From positions 1,683-65,682 of the forward strand of contig JANMKN010000015.1 in assembly GCA_031372065.1 (NCBI GenBank): a stretch of 64,000 nucleotides of DNA. The letters are read 5' to 3'. The notes beneath the pieces were generated by a model. It made no database searches, was not told the DNA's origin, and was given only the letters and a program-made list of their open reading frames with translations. Position 1 is the first letter of the stretch, and each line of letters opens with the position of its first letter. Position numbers and translations under genes: made by a program. Shown here in pieces: positions 28,017 to 37,774 of the stretch. The DNA comes from Abditibacteriaceae bacterium. GTDB lineage: Bacteria > Armatimonadota > Abditibacteriia > Abditibacteriales > Abditibacteriaceae.

Positions 28017-28748
28017 ATGGCTAATCAGAAGATTGCGGATGCAGCACACGCTGCTATGCACGATGCCAGTGTGGAATCGAAGCCCGGTTTCTGCTCGCGT
28101 TTTGTGCGTCAAGTTGTCTCAAAGGTATATGGGGATAAGTATCAAGGCTTGTTTGGTGCTTCCGCTATAGACACCGGCAGGAATTTTGAGCATGCAGGAT
28201 TGGACGCCAGCGCAACGCAAAGCAGTCAATTGGAAGTTGGCGACATCTTGTTCAAGATGCAAGGCAGCGGCGGATTTGGACACGTTGGAATTTATGTGGG
28301 CGAAAAAGGTGTGGCCTCGAATAGCTCCACGCCGTTGGGACGCCTTTCGGGTGCCAAAGGCTATCGCACCTTGGGGCAATGGGGACAATGGCAACTGGTA
28401 GGAAGAATTCCGGGTGAATCGCCTGCGGCCAGTGATCAACCGCTGATTTACCATTTAGTGCTGAACGGCGTTAAAGTGGCTGATATGCCAGTGCATAACG
28501 GGCAGGCGCTATGTCCAGCACGCCTGTGGGCAAATGCTATGCATCTCAACATTGACTGGCACGAGGAAACACACCGCGTGCTATTCAATGGCGTAGAAGT
28601 TTCTGAAAACGCCACGATGATTCAGGATCATGCCTATTTGCCGATCCGTGTCTTAGTTGATGCCGCCAACAAAGTTGTCGGCGATAATGCTAAGGTGCGC
28701 ATAACCACTTTTGATGCTGGTAAGCATCTGGTCGAAGTGGGTAAATAA
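28017..28748 (+). CDS. NlpC/P60-like papain-fold hydrolase fused to a copper-amine-oxidase-N (stalk)-like domain; no signal peptide
   Basis: TAGGAGA RBS. A candidate catalytic Cys (GFCSRFV) and His (GFGHVGIYVG) sit in NlpC/P60 order. The C-terminal LNGVKVADMP...AYLPIRVLVDA resembles the stalk domain. Confidence 0.6.
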   Translation: MANQKIADAAHAAMHDASVESKPGFCSRFVRQVVSKVYGDKYQGLFGASAIDTGRNFEHAGLDASATQSSQLEVGDILFKMQGSGGFGHVGIYVGEKGVASNSSTPLGRLSGAKGYRTLGQWGQWQLVGRIPGESPAASDQPLIYHLVLNGVKVADMPVHNGQALCPARLWANAMHLNIDWHEETHRVLFNGVEVSENATMIQDHAYLPIRVLVDAANKVVGDNAKVRITTFDAGKHLVEVGK

Positions 28749-28755
28749 CTAAAAA

Positions 28756-28808
28756 TTTCAATCCTTGTAATACAATGTAGTTTTTGTGTTGTATTACAAG
28801 GATTGAAA
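28756..28808 (+). terminator. Perfect 20-bp-stem hairpin
   Basis: TTTCAATCCTTGTAATACAA, a 13-nt loop, then TTGTATTACAAGGATTGAAA, directly after the stop at 28748. Confidence 0.75.
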
Positions 28809-28917
28809 CTCATTTCTACAGAGTTTGTTCTTCAGCCGTCAACCGCTTTTATTTTCTCGCTTTCATCTTGCCGCTTTCCTATTGAAATCGGGATTATTTC
28901 GTGAAATGGAGTATCCA

Positions 28918-31578
28918 ATGACTACGAAATTTTTCGATGTTACTGTAAAAACGCAGCTTGTTGTATTGACCGTTTTGCTTTGCCTGTCTATTTTTAGTCG
29001 TTCTGCTTTTTGTGCCGCTAAAAGCACGCCGAGCTTACCACCCAAATCTCAGCAGATCGAGAAACTCTCTGTGGCCTCTTTGCGGCAGGGCGAAAAACTC
29101 ACCATCACTTTCACGGGGGCAGTGCTTCCTCAGCAAATTTTGATTGGTGGGAAGCCCGCAGCGTTTGTTGAACAACCAAAAGCCGCCACAAAAGCGATAA
29201 CAGTGCGGTCTGCTATGGATACGCCTGTTGGTAAGCATAATGTTTTGGTCTTGAAGGCCAAGGAAAACGCGGCAAAGCCTTCTATTAAGCCACAAACAAT
29301 CTCTATAATTTCTGTAAAACCCACACCCCAAATTGATAAAATATCTCCTTCTTCTACGCAAGCAGGGGCCTCCCTACAACCGGGAGAAACACTGGCAATT
29401 ACTTTTACAGAAGGCTTCTTACCCCAGCGGGTTTTGGTCGGAGGTAAAGCCGCAGCGTTTATTGACAGACCAGTGGCTCCAAGCAAAGACATCGTGGTGC
29501 GCCTTTCTCTCGACACGCCAATGGGAGATCATGATGTTGTCGTCGAAGGCAGAGACTCTCAAACCGGTAAAACGCTGAAGATTAGGCCAAAAGTTGTATG
29601 GATTATGCCTTTGGTTACCGGCATCAGGTCAGCCAATAGCATCAGCAAAACGCTGGCTGAAAATGAAATCGTAGCCGGTCAACGCGCTGATATACAATTG
29701 AGTGATAATTTTCCGGTTTATTTAGCACCGTTGCTGGGTGTTAAAGTGGACGGCGTTCTTGTTCCGGCCAAACCTTCTGGAAAAACATTGCAAATTACGA
29801 TACCTGCTGAATTATCACGAGGCGATCATCAAGTGCAGGTTGAAGTGGGAAGTTCGGTATGGCAAAGCCGAATCTCAGCCCATGTTTATCCTAATCCCGG
29901 TCAGGCGACTGTAACTGATATAATGCCTCGACTTCTGCGACCCGGAACACGCATGACGATTACCGGACAGAATTTAATAGCGCCGGCGGATCAAGTTACG
30001 GTGCTGGTCGGCGGCGTCGCGGCCCGTGTATTCAATACTGATCCGGCTGGGACAAAGATCTATGCCGAAGTCATGTCCGATGAAAGACATTTGGCAAAGA
30101 CTCCCTTGGGGCAGCAAGGGGACGCCGAAAGCAATGGGCAGCAAGCGCGCAACAAGATTCTACCGGGTGGTGATGTAGAAGTGCGCTTATGGGGTATGCC
30201 TGTTTCTCTGCCGACAGATTTTTCAGTCAAAATTGAGCGTTCTGTCGGCACTCGCGATACGCTGCTGCTTATTGCCGCCGCGTTGGGTGTTGTGGTAGCT
30301 ATTGCGATGCTGATTTCTTGGTTTTACAGTTTTCTTGCCCAGGGCAATAGAAACTGGCTGGAGGCCCTCTTACTGGAACCAGAAACCCAAACTTACAGCC
30401 TTTCAAGAGCGCAATTTTTCTGGTGGTCTATCATTGTGTCCTTTGGTTACATTTTCCTTTTTGTAGGCCGTGGTTTCATTGAAGAAAAATGGGAATTTCC
30501 ATCGCTTCAAGGCTTTGGTATTACATTCCTTATCAGCTTGGGCACTTTAGTTCTCGCACAGGCAACCAGCAATGCAAAAGGCACCAAAGGCGCTGGCTCT
30601 ATGCATCCCTCACCTGCCGATTTAGTTGTGCATGGCGGCGTGCTGGCACCGGAGCGAGTTCAGCAAGTGGCTTGGACTATCATCACGGGAACAGGCTTTC
30701 TTGTTATTCTGATTAAAACCTATGCCGGGCGCACGCAACTGCCCATCATACCCGATGAATTGCTTTACTTAATGGGCATGAGTTCAGTTGGTTATCTGGC
30801 GGGCAAAGCCGTGCGCAAACCAGGGCCGAATATCAAAGAAGTAGCTGTGGAAGATAACGCAAACGCTAATGGCGTTCGCTTGAAAATTTCTGGCATACAA
30901 CTGGGCAAAAATGCTGTCGTTTTGTTGGATGACAACGAGCAAGCCTCGGACTTAGTCTCTATGGCAGAAAGTGACCCTACCTCACCCGAATTTGCGAATG
31001 CCTTGTTCGTAAATCTGCCGCCAGATAATAGAATGCATATCAATTCCACTAAAGATTGGTTCGGCGCGCGGCGCACCATAACCGTGCGGAATGGAGATAT
31101 GCAACACGCCGAATGGTGGACGGCTCCGGCAATCGTAACGGTAGAACCGCTGAATGTAGATACGGCAACCGGTCAATTGGCTCTAAATGTCCAAACCGAA
31201 CATGTGGATAGCGATGCTCATTGGGAAGCAGAAGGAGCTAATTTAATCAGCTTTGTGCAGCAACCAGACGACCATCGGATGTGGCTTCTCACGCTCCAAC
31301 CCGGCGGCAGTGACGGCACGACACAACCCTACGACAAATTGATTGTGGTCAATCGAGATAATCATAGAGGGACATTCAGTCGAAATGCGCCTTTAACTCC
31401 TTCAAACCCTACCCCTCCCGAAACAACAAAGGGCGTGGATAAGGTAACAGTAAATCAAGGTGCCAACGACGGTTCAGATACAACCACCGTGAACACCCCA
31501 GATGGACCCGATGACACAACTGGTGACGCAACCGGTGACGCAAGCCCAGATGAAGGGCAAGCACGGCCATCGGATTAA
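28918..31578 (+). CDS. Large IPT/TIG-repeat protein with a central multi-pass membrane block and acidic Pro/Thr-rich tail
   Basis: GGAG lies 6 nt before the ATG at 28918 (alternative starts at 28825 and 28906). After a signal/anchor come repeated IPT-like units (LTITFTGAVLPQQILIGGKPAAFVEQP; LAITFTEGFLPQRVLVGGKAAAFIDRP; MTITGQNLIAPADQVTVLVGGVAARVF), then about five hydrophobic helices and a further Ig-like unit (VRLKISGIQLGKNAVVLLDD). Confidence 0.65.
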   Translation: MTTKFFDVTVKTQLVVLTVLLCLSIFSRSAFCAAKSTPSLPPKSQQIEKLSVASLRQGEKLTITFTGAVLPQQILIGGKPAAFVEQPKAATKAITVRSAMDTPVGKHNVLVLKAKENAAKPSIKPQTISIISVKPTPQIDKISPSSTQAGASLQPGETLAITFTEGFLPQRVLVGGKAAAFIDRPVAPSKDIVVRLSLDTPMGDHDVVVEGRDSQTGKTLKIRPKVVWIMPLVTGIRSANSISKTLAENEIVAGQRADIQLSDNFPVYLAPLLGVKVDGVLVPAKPSGKTLQITIPAELSRGDHQVQVEVGSSVWQSRISAHVYPNPGQATVTDIMPRLLRPGTRMTITGQNLIAPADQVTVLVGGVAARVFNTDPAGTKIYAEVMSDERHLAKTPLGQQGDAESNGQQARNKILPGGDVEVRLWGMPVSLPTDFSVKIERSVGTRDTLLLIAAALGVVVAIAMLISWFYSFLAQGNRNWLEALLLEPETQTYSLSRAQFFWWSIIVSFGYIFLFVGRGFIEEKWEFPSLQGFGITFLISLGTLVLAQATSNAKGTKGAGSMHPSPADLVVHGGVLAPERVQQVAWTIITGTGFLVILIKTYAGRTQLPIIPDELLYLMGMSSVGYLAGKAVRKPGPNIKEVAVEDNANANGVRLKISGIQLGKNAVVLLDDNEQASDLVSMAESDPTSPEFANALFVNLPPDNRMHINSTKDWFGARRTITVRNGDMQHAEWWTAPAIVTVEPLNVDTATGQLALNVQTEHVDSDAHWEAEGANLISFVQQPDDHRMWLLTLQPGGSDGTTQPYDKLIVVNRDNHRGTFSRNAPLTPSNPTPPETTKGVDKVTVNQGANDGSDTTTVNTPDGPDDTTGDATGDASPDEGQARPSD

Positions 31579-31684
31579 TAATAGGATTTTGCTACTTATG
31601 ATTGTTTGGGAAAGGAATGAAGCTGAGTTTGATGCGCCAATGTGAGAGAGGCGAGATTTGGGCAAATAGACTGTGCAAACTGGT

Positions 31685-32200
31685 ATGAGAGATATCTACG
31701 AATTTACCTTGTTCTTGATCATTGCGACATTATCAATTATCATCATGAAACTGATTTGCGCAAAACAACCCGCGAGCAAAGAAAGGCGTTACATCGTTGC
31801 TCTCGCTCCTCCGATTGTTATGGTTCTGGGAGTTCATCTCATCGGAATCATCCCCACTACAGTTATCCTAAGAGTGATAAGTTATCTCAATCGGAATAGC
31901 ATTCCTCTGGAGATAGCGGAGGTGCTTATCCCATTTGCATTACTAATAGGGGGTGTTGTTGCAGGAGTGTTTTGGAGCAAGAAAATTATACATAAAATTA
32001 TTTTCTTGTCGTCAAAATCCAAAGCGCAATCGAATGCCACTACACCCACCCTCCCCTTGCATAATCATATCTTTATTTCTTCCTCGATTCTGACTTTATT
32101 GCTCTGCCTAATACTTGTGGAAAACTTCGTGGAAGCTAATTGTTTTTCGTTAGGGTTAATTGTTGGCGTGGGCATAGTATCACTGCTGCTTGAAGATTAA
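31685..32200 (+). CDS. Small multi-pass membrane protein, AT-rich
   Basis: Four or five hydrophobic helices. No family recognised. Start uncertain (GTG at 31673 or ATG at 31685). Confidence 0.45.
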   Translation: MRDIYEFTLFLIIATLSIIIMKLICAKQPASKERRYIVALAPPIVMVLGVHLIGIIPTTVILRVISYLNRNSIPLEIAEVLIPFALLIGGVVAGVFWSKKIIHKIIFLSSKSKAQSNATTPTLPLHNHIFISSSILTLLLCLILVENFVEANCFSLGLIVGVGIVSLLLED

Positions 32201-32219
32201 ACGAATATCATTTGAAATA

Positions 32220-32648
32220 TCATTCAATTTGCCGATAAAACGTCCAACCATAAACGATGACTAAATAAGTCCAGAACAGCGCGAACGCGAAATGGGCCAT
32301 CGTCTCCAATTTTTTGCCGCGCCACAACGACGCATCATAAAAGAAGAATTGCACAAGCCAGCGGCACAGCCAGAAAAACGCGATGGCGCCCGCCACATAA
32401 CGCCCCAGAATGGTTTTTTCGAGCAAAGAATTGGTGCCAAATAACGACAGCGCTCCGATAAAGCCAATCACCAACGTGACGAAAAAATTATGCACATAAA
32501 ACATCTGCCGATTGAAGGGCGAAAGCCGCGATAATTCTTCTTTCCAGTTGAAACGCTTTTCAAAAAAGATATGAGCAAACGCCAAAACGAGCAGCGCAGC
32601 GCCCGCTAATTTGAGGTGAAGTGGCAGCGAAAAAAGCGCGTTCGTCAT
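32220..32648 (-). CDS. Four-helix membrane protein of unknown function
   Basis: 142 aa. Its ATG directly abuts the TAA of the upstream enolase-like gene (TAAATG). Confidence 0.55.
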   Translation of the reverse strand: MTNALFSLPLHLKLAGAALLVLAFAHIFFEKRFNWKEELSRLSPFNRQMFYVHNFFVTLVIGFIGALSLFGTNSLLEKTILGRYVAGAIAFFWLCRWLVQFFFYDASLWRGKKLETMAHFAFALFWTYLVIVYGWTFYRQIE

Positions 32649-34100
32649 TTAAAATGTCGCCGCGTCGAATTGATCCAACGCACGGCACGCATCTAAATCG
32701 GGCCATACCGGAGTGCCCAAACCGGGCATTTGATGCAACGCCGCCACATCAATTTCTCCGTTTGTGATTTGCAAGCGCGCCAAATTATTTTCCTCTGTAT
32801 AAAGTTGTGGCAAGGCGGCGACGGCCTCGTTTTGCTTGTCGCGGCTCAAATGCGAGAGTCCGCGAAAATAATGATGGCCGTTACGTTCGGCGTGCGAAAT
32901 TCCAAGCGTCGAAAGCGCCACTAAATCCTGCTGCAAAGCCACGATGCCGATGTTGGTTAAATCTTCGGCAGATAAAATCGCGCGCCGTCCGGCAGCTTTT
33001 TCTTGTTGCACGCGCGCTAAATTCGCCACGCTTTTGAAGGTGTTTTTGCAGTTCTTGTGACTGGTGCCGCTGTAGCCCAAAGCCAAAGCGTGCCCGAATG
33101 AATCAAGCGCATCATCGGCTTCATCAATGATGACCGGGAACTGCTTTGCAACGCGCGCTAATTCGCCGCAACGCGCGGCATCCAACGCATAAGCGCGTGC
33201 CAAAGGCTGCTCGACAAATAGTAGTGAGAAAGCCATTCTCCGCAAAGAGAGGCGCTGCGAAATTTGTTCGACTAAGGGCACAACTTGCTCAAAACTTTCG
33301 TATTGCTCGTTGCCATCCAAAGTGCAAACGTAGTTGGCATTGGGCATCGTTTCGTCCAAAACTGCCGCGATATTTTCAAGGCGCGCGATGTCGTGTTCCA
33401 ACTGGTTGCAAACCTTGATTTTAAAATAGCGCACGCCATAAAAACGAATCACGTCATCCAAACTCTGCGGCAAACCATCGCCCAGTTTTTCGTCGCCGTG
33501 AATTTCGGAATTCCGAATCGGATCGGATAAACCAACCGTGTGCCGCGCGAAGATTTTCTTTCGCGGCGCGGTTGGCAAAATATCGCGCACATTCAGATTT
33601 TTAAAAGACGCATCGAAGGCTTCCAACTCCACGCCTGCCGCGTTGCTTTTGAGATATTGAAAAAATGATAAACCGCACAATTTCGCCGCTGCATCGTTGA
33701 CAGCGCGCTCCAGGAGCGACGGGCCGAAACCCGCCAATAATTTCGGCAAATACGCCTGCGCCGCTTTTTGATGCACTTCGTGAGAAACCTGCCACCACAA
33801 GCGAAACGGCGTCGCAAATTCACAATTCTGCGCTGCTTCTGCCGCCCAACGAATCACCTGAATTTGGTCGCGCAATTCCTGCGCGTAATCTTTTTCCGGC
33901 GCTTTGTCGAACCATTTTGGCGGCAAATTATCCGATGCGATGCCACGCGCTACCGCGCCTTTTTCGTCGCGAATCTGCGCCACCACATACAAATGCGGAC
34001 AGCGCTCCAACTTCGCCGAGCCATAGCGAAAGGGCATTCGCGTTTGCACGCTTTGCCAGAAAAATTTAATGCTCTCGACTTTGATTTTAAGGAGATTCAT
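32649..34100 (-). CDS. Enolase-superfamily (mandelate racemase / muconate lactonising enzyme-like) protein
   Basis: The KxK motif FKIKV and acidic ligand candidates LDGNEQY, VEQPL and IIDEAD appear in the canonical order. At 483 aa it is longer than typical family members. Confidence 0.6.
   Translation of the reverse strand: MNLLKIKVESIKFFWQSVQTRMPFRYGSAKLERCPHLYVVAQIRDEKGAVARGIASDNLPPKWFDKAPEKDYAQELRDQIQVIRWAAEAAQNCEFATPFRLWWQVSHEVHQKAAQAYLPKLLAGFGPSLLERAVNDAAAKLCGLSFFQYLKSNAAGVELEAFDASFKNLNVRDILPTAPRKKIFARHTVGLSDPIRNSEIHGDEKLGDGLPQSLDDVIRFYGVRYFKIKVCNQLEHDIARLENIAAVLDETMPNANYVCTLDGNEQYESFEQVVPLVEQISQRLSLRRMAFSLLFVEQPLARAYALDAARCGELARVAKQFPVIIDEADDALDSFGHALALGYSGTSHKNCKNTFKSVANLARVQQEKAAGRRAILSAEDLTNIGIVALQQDLVALSTLGISHAERNGHHYFRGLSHLSRDKQNEAVAALPQLYTEENNLARLQITNGEIDVAALHQMPGLGTPVWPDLDACRALDQFDAATF
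34060..34091. repeat. Direct repeat copy 1 (32 nt), covering codons 4-13 of the enolase-like gene
   Basis: AAAAATTTAATGCTCTCGACTTTGATTTTAAG matches 39566-39597 at 28 of 32 positions in the same orientation. Confidence 0.8.
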
Positions 34101-34116
34101 CTGTGGTTGAAGATTG

Positions 34117-35781
34117 TTATTTCACTCCTGCTAATTGCAAAAAGTCATCGTGTGAGAGGCCGCGAATTTCATTTTCGTCGGCGTTATGCACATCGTTATC
34201 CACGATTTGCGCGAAAAGTTCGCGCTTGCCGCGCAGAATTTCGTCCACGCGCTCTTCGATGGTTTCCAGCATGACGTAGCGATAAACATGAACCGGGCGC
34301 GTTTGGCCGGGGCGATGGGCGCGGTCTTCGGCTTGCGTTTCGGTGGCAGGATTCCACCAGCGGTCAAAATGAAAAACATACGACGCGCTTTGTAAATTGA
34401 GGCCCACGCCGCCCGCGCGTAGCGAGACAATCAAAAGTGGCGGGCCGTCTTGCGTCGCGAATTCATCCAAGGCGCGTTGGCGTGCGACGCTGTCCATATC
34501 GCCGGTGAAAAGCAGCGGATTCCACTGCGATAATTCGCGCCGCAAGCGCTTCGCACCGAAGTTCTCGTTGGTAAATTGCGTGAAAATGAGCGCGCGTTCG
34601 CCGCTTTCGATGATGTCGGGCAGGCGTTCGCGGAGGTCATCTAACTTCGAGGAAAAAGTTGTGCTGCCCGGCGCAAAATTGCAGATTTGCTGAAGACGCG
34701 TCAGGTGCGCTAAAACGCCGTCGAAACGCAGTTCGCGGGCTGCGATGGCCGCGCTCCATTCTTCGCTGGCGCTGCTTGTTGAATCGTCGTAAGCAGCGCG
34801 TTGTTCTGTCGTGAGTGGCAACGGCAACGTGGTGACGATTTTCGGCGGCAAATCGGGCAAAACCTCGGCTTTGCGACGGCGCAATTGATGTTGTGAGAGC
34901 AAAATGCGCAAGCGTGGTGCATCGGGGAAAATCGTATTTTTCGCGGTCACAAATTCGAGAATCGAAGCGGCGTCATCAATGTGATTTTCCAGCGGCGTGC
35001 CAGTTAAAGCCCACGAACGTCGGCGCGGCAAAGCCTTGCATACCTGCGCGACGGCACTGTCGCGGTTTTTGATGCGCTGCGCTTCATCCAGCGCCACCAC
35101 GTCCCAGCCGCCGCGCGTGGGCAGTTGGTTCCAGTCCGGATTGCCTTGTAAAATCGCTTCCCAATCGGCGCGCAGAGTTTCGTAGGAAACCACCGTCAAA
35201 TGCGCCTGATAATTCCATTGCCAGCGCCGTAATGTCGGTGCGCCGCCGATGACCATGACGTGCAATTCCGGCGTCCATTGCGCCGCCGCGCGCCGCCATT
35301 GTTCCAGCAAACTGGCCGGCGCAACAATCAGTGCGCGTTGAATTTGGCGCCGATGCAATAGCACGCGCAAAGCGGCTAAAGTTTGTATCGTTTTGCCCAA
35401 ACCCATCTCGTCGCCCAGCAAAAGATGGCGCGCTTTGAGCAGCGAACGCACGCCGCTTTGCTGAAAACCAAATAACGCGTGCGGCCAATCAAGCGGCCCG
35501 TTTTCGCGCAGCAGCATTTCCGGCGCCGCTTGCAAAAGCGCCGCAAATTTCCAGCGCAAGCCATCGTCGGGCGGGGCAGTTTTCGTTTCGTCGTTTTCGA
35601 TGTCCTCGTCTGGCGATTCTGTGGTTCCCACGGAAGGCGGCGCGCTGAAATTTAATTGCACATTGTAGGTGCGCGCTTTCCATTGCCGAACATGGCCGAG
35701 TTGCGAAGTTGCAGCAGATTGCGGCGGCGTTCCGATGCGCCGCGCCGGTTGTTCGTCGTGCCACTGCCACCAAGTAGTCAT
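34117..35781 (-). CDS. SNF2-family helicase/translocase (cassette gene E)
   Basis: Motifs GDEMGLGKT (I), LDEAQRIKN (II), LTGTPLEN (III), SLRAGGVGLNLQ (V) and QAEDRAHRPGQ (VI). About 100 aa of acidic N-terminal extension. The start overlaps the stop of gene D (ATGA). Confidence 0.9.
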   Translation of the reverse strand: MTTWWQWHDEQPARRIGTPPQSAATSQLGHVRQWKARTYNVQLNFSAPPSVGTTESPDEDIENDETKTAPPDDGLRWKFAALLQAAPEMLLRENGPLDWPHALFGFQQSGVRSLLKARHLLLGDEMGLGKTIQTLAALRVLLHRRQIQRALIVAPASLLEQWRRAAAQWTPELHVMVIGGAPTLRRWQWNYQAHLTVVSYETLRADWEAILQGNPDWNQLPTRGGWDVVALDEAQRIKNRDSAVAQVCKALPRRRSWALTGTPLENHIDDAASILEFVTAKNTIFPDAPRLRILLSQHQLRRRKAEVLPDLPPKIVTTLPLPLTTEQRAAYDDSTSSASEEWSAAIAARELRFDGVLAHLTRLQQICNFAPGSTTFSSKLDDLRERLPDIIESGERALIFTQFTNENFGAKRLRRELSQWNPLLFTGDMDSVARQRALDEFATQDGPPLLIVSLRAGGVGLNLQSASYVFHFDRWWNPATETQAEDRAHRPGQTRPVHVYRYVMLETIEERVDEILRGKRELFAQIVDNDVHNADENEIRGLSHDDFLQLAGVK

Positions 35782-36338
35782 GCTTCTGTTAAAGCTGCCT
35801 CCAACGCGCGTTCGGCGCGCTCGAAAGGCTCCAAAATGAGGCCGCGCCCGGCCAATTTTTCAAACAATTCGGCGGCGGCTTCGAGAGGTTCTTGCGGCGT
35901 CCATAGCACATCCACTTCGCCCGCTTCGCCGTTGGCATCGAATGTCATTATGGGCTGCGCGATTTCTCTATCGGACGCTAAATTTTCGTGTAAAGCGCCC
36001 ACGCGCGCGATAGGAATTTCTAAGAGTAATTGGCCTTCTGGCCCAAATAAACCTGGCGCAATGTCTGCCGCGCGATAAAACAACAGCGACGGTGCCAATT
36101 GCGCCGCTTGAAACAAGGTGGCGCACAAACGCCGCGCCGCTGCGTGTGGTTTGTCGCGTGCGCGCCACAAATCGTCGCGCAAGAGTTCCAGACGATTGAA
36201 AACGAATTCCAATGGTTCTCCTCGCGCGTTAAGCAACAAAAGCGCGCCCGCCACGAAATCATCCCCTTCGCGCGACACAACTAAAAATGCCGCGACGCCT
36301 AATTCTTCGATGCTTTCGTTATCGTGAAAAGGAATCAT
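35778..36338 (-). CDS. Hypothetical protein (cassette gene D), translationally coupled to the SNF2 gene
   Basis: 186-aa ORF with normal composition. The ATGA overlap with gene E supports expression. No family recognised. Confidence 0.6.
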   Translation of the reverse strand: MIPFHDNESIEELGVAAFLVVSREGDDFVAGALLLLNARGEPLEFVFNRLELLRDDLWRARDKPHAAARRLCATLFQAAQLAPSLLFYRAADIAPGLFGPEGQLLLEIPIARVGALHENLASDREIAQPIMTFDANGEAGEVDVLWTPQEPLEAAAELFEKLAGRGLILEPFERAERALEAALTEA

Positions 36339-36452
36339 TTTAAATTTTGCAAAATAGGAACGCGGAGGCTTGCCCTATACGGGAATGACACGGTTTTTGT
36401 AGGTTCAGATAAGTGTTTAACCCGTCGCTTACGCTCAGGGTTCTTTGCATCG

Positions 36453-37733
36453 CTAAAGCGTTATTTCTGAATCGTCGCTTGGTTTTTCACTTTGCAAATC
36501 AGTGTCTTCTTCGTAGGAAATTTGCAGAGCTTCAACGACAATATCGGCTTCGATGCCATAAAGACGGCGCAAATCCCACGCGTTAATCCACGAGCGCAAA
36601 TATTGGCGTAGGCCGGTGCTAAGAGAGTATTCGCGCCCTTCGTTTTGCGGCGGCGCTTCCCAATGATAAGCGACGCTATAAAGTTCACGCGCCCGTTCGC
36701 CGATGGCCGCCACGTTTTCCTTGGTTGGTGGGCGCAGGTCTATCGCGTGGCGTTCGATGGCTTTCATGCCGCTTTCGGCGATGCTCATAAGCGGCGCATC
36801 GGGCGTGTTTTCGAGACGTGCCGGAATCGCGTGCAAATCGTCTTTACGTCCGCGCAAAACCTGACTGGAATAATCTTTGGTGATCGTGAACACCGCGCCA
36901 AGGCCCGGCGTGCCGCCTTGTGTGGAAACGTTTTTATCCAATCCCATCAACTGCGCGAGATGGGCATAAGCGCGTCCGCGCTGACGCGGGCTATAACGCG
37001 AGATCATTTCGGTTTCGTCCAGCAAAATAATCCAGCCGTTGTAGCCCGCCGAGCGGAAAAACCGCGCCAAAAATTCAAAGCGCTGCAAAAACTGACCTTT
37101 GATAGGCTTGCTAACCCGCGCCACCGGTTCGCGGATTTCTTTAAGGGCAAATTTTAGGTCGCCCGCCAGCATAGGGTTGCCTGTCCATTCGGCCAAAACG
37201 CGCTCTTGCAAGGCTTCATCGGTGTGCTTTTCAAAAACGCGCAACGTCAAAGCCAAACGCGGATCAAGACCCGGCGTGTGGCGCGCAAAATCGAAAAACT
37301 GCTGATAATGTGGCGCGCTGTCCGAGCGCCAGCCATGCGCGATTTCGGCGAGTGCTGGGCCGGAAAGCTGCGGCGCCACAGCGGCTTCGACGCACGCTTT
37401 ATAAACCTTACCCAAATCGTGCAGCGGCGTTTCTTTGTTGAGAACGATTTGCGAAACCACGAAATTCGCTTCCAACGCCAGATGGCGCATGGCTTCGAGC
37501 CAGTGCGATTTTCCGGCGCCGAAATCGGCTTCGAGCAAGAGGCCGGGCAGAGCTTTCAATGCGGGATTATCCCAGCGAGCGAGGATGTTTTCATGGAGCG
37601 CTTCAAATTTCTCGCGCACATCGCTTTGGTGCGGCTCTAAAAAACGCACCACATCGCGGTTGGGCACGCCGGCACGGAGCGCTTCAATCGCGCGCCGTGC
37701 TTCGATGGTGGATAAGGCATTAGAAGTAGGCAT
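36453..37733 (-). CDS. P-loop ATPase of the DUF2791 / BrxD-like type (cassette gene C)
   Basis: Walker A LEADFGAGKSHW and Walker B GWIILLDETE. The N-terminal ARRAIEALRAGVPNRDVV segment resembles BREX-associated BrxD/PglY-type ATPases; this is recognition from memory, not a search. Confidence 0.75.
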   Translation of the reverse strand: MPTSNALSTIEARRAIEALRAGVPNRDVVRFLEPHQSDVREKFEALHENILARWDNPALKALPGLLLEADFGAGKSHWLEAMRHLALEANFVVSQIVLNKETPLHDLGKVYKACVEAAVAPQLSGPALAEIAHGWRSDSAPHYQQFFDFARHTPGLDPRLALTLRVFEKHTDEALQERVLAEWTGNPMLAGDLKFALKEIREPVARVSKPIKGQFLQRFEFLARFFRSAGYNGWIILLDETEMISRYSPRQRGRAYAHLAQLMGLDKNVSTQGGTPGLGAVFTITKDYSSQVLRGRKDDLHAIPARLENTPDAPLMSIAESGMKAIERHAIDLRPPTKENVAAIGERARELYSVAYHWEAPPQNEGREYSLSTGLRQYLRSWINAWDLRRLYGIEADIVVEALQISYEEDTDLQSEKPSDDSEITL

Positions 37734-37774
37734 GAGTTTGAATCAAAAAATAGAGAACGCAATTTGCGTGCTAT

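Noticed and set aside
36339-36452. Possible small RNA or internal promoter in the 114-nt gap between cassette genes C and D
   Set aside because: I found no convincing stem-loop, terminator or conserved motif by eye, and gene D lacks an obvious Shine-Dalgarno sequence. This is left unresolved rather than called.
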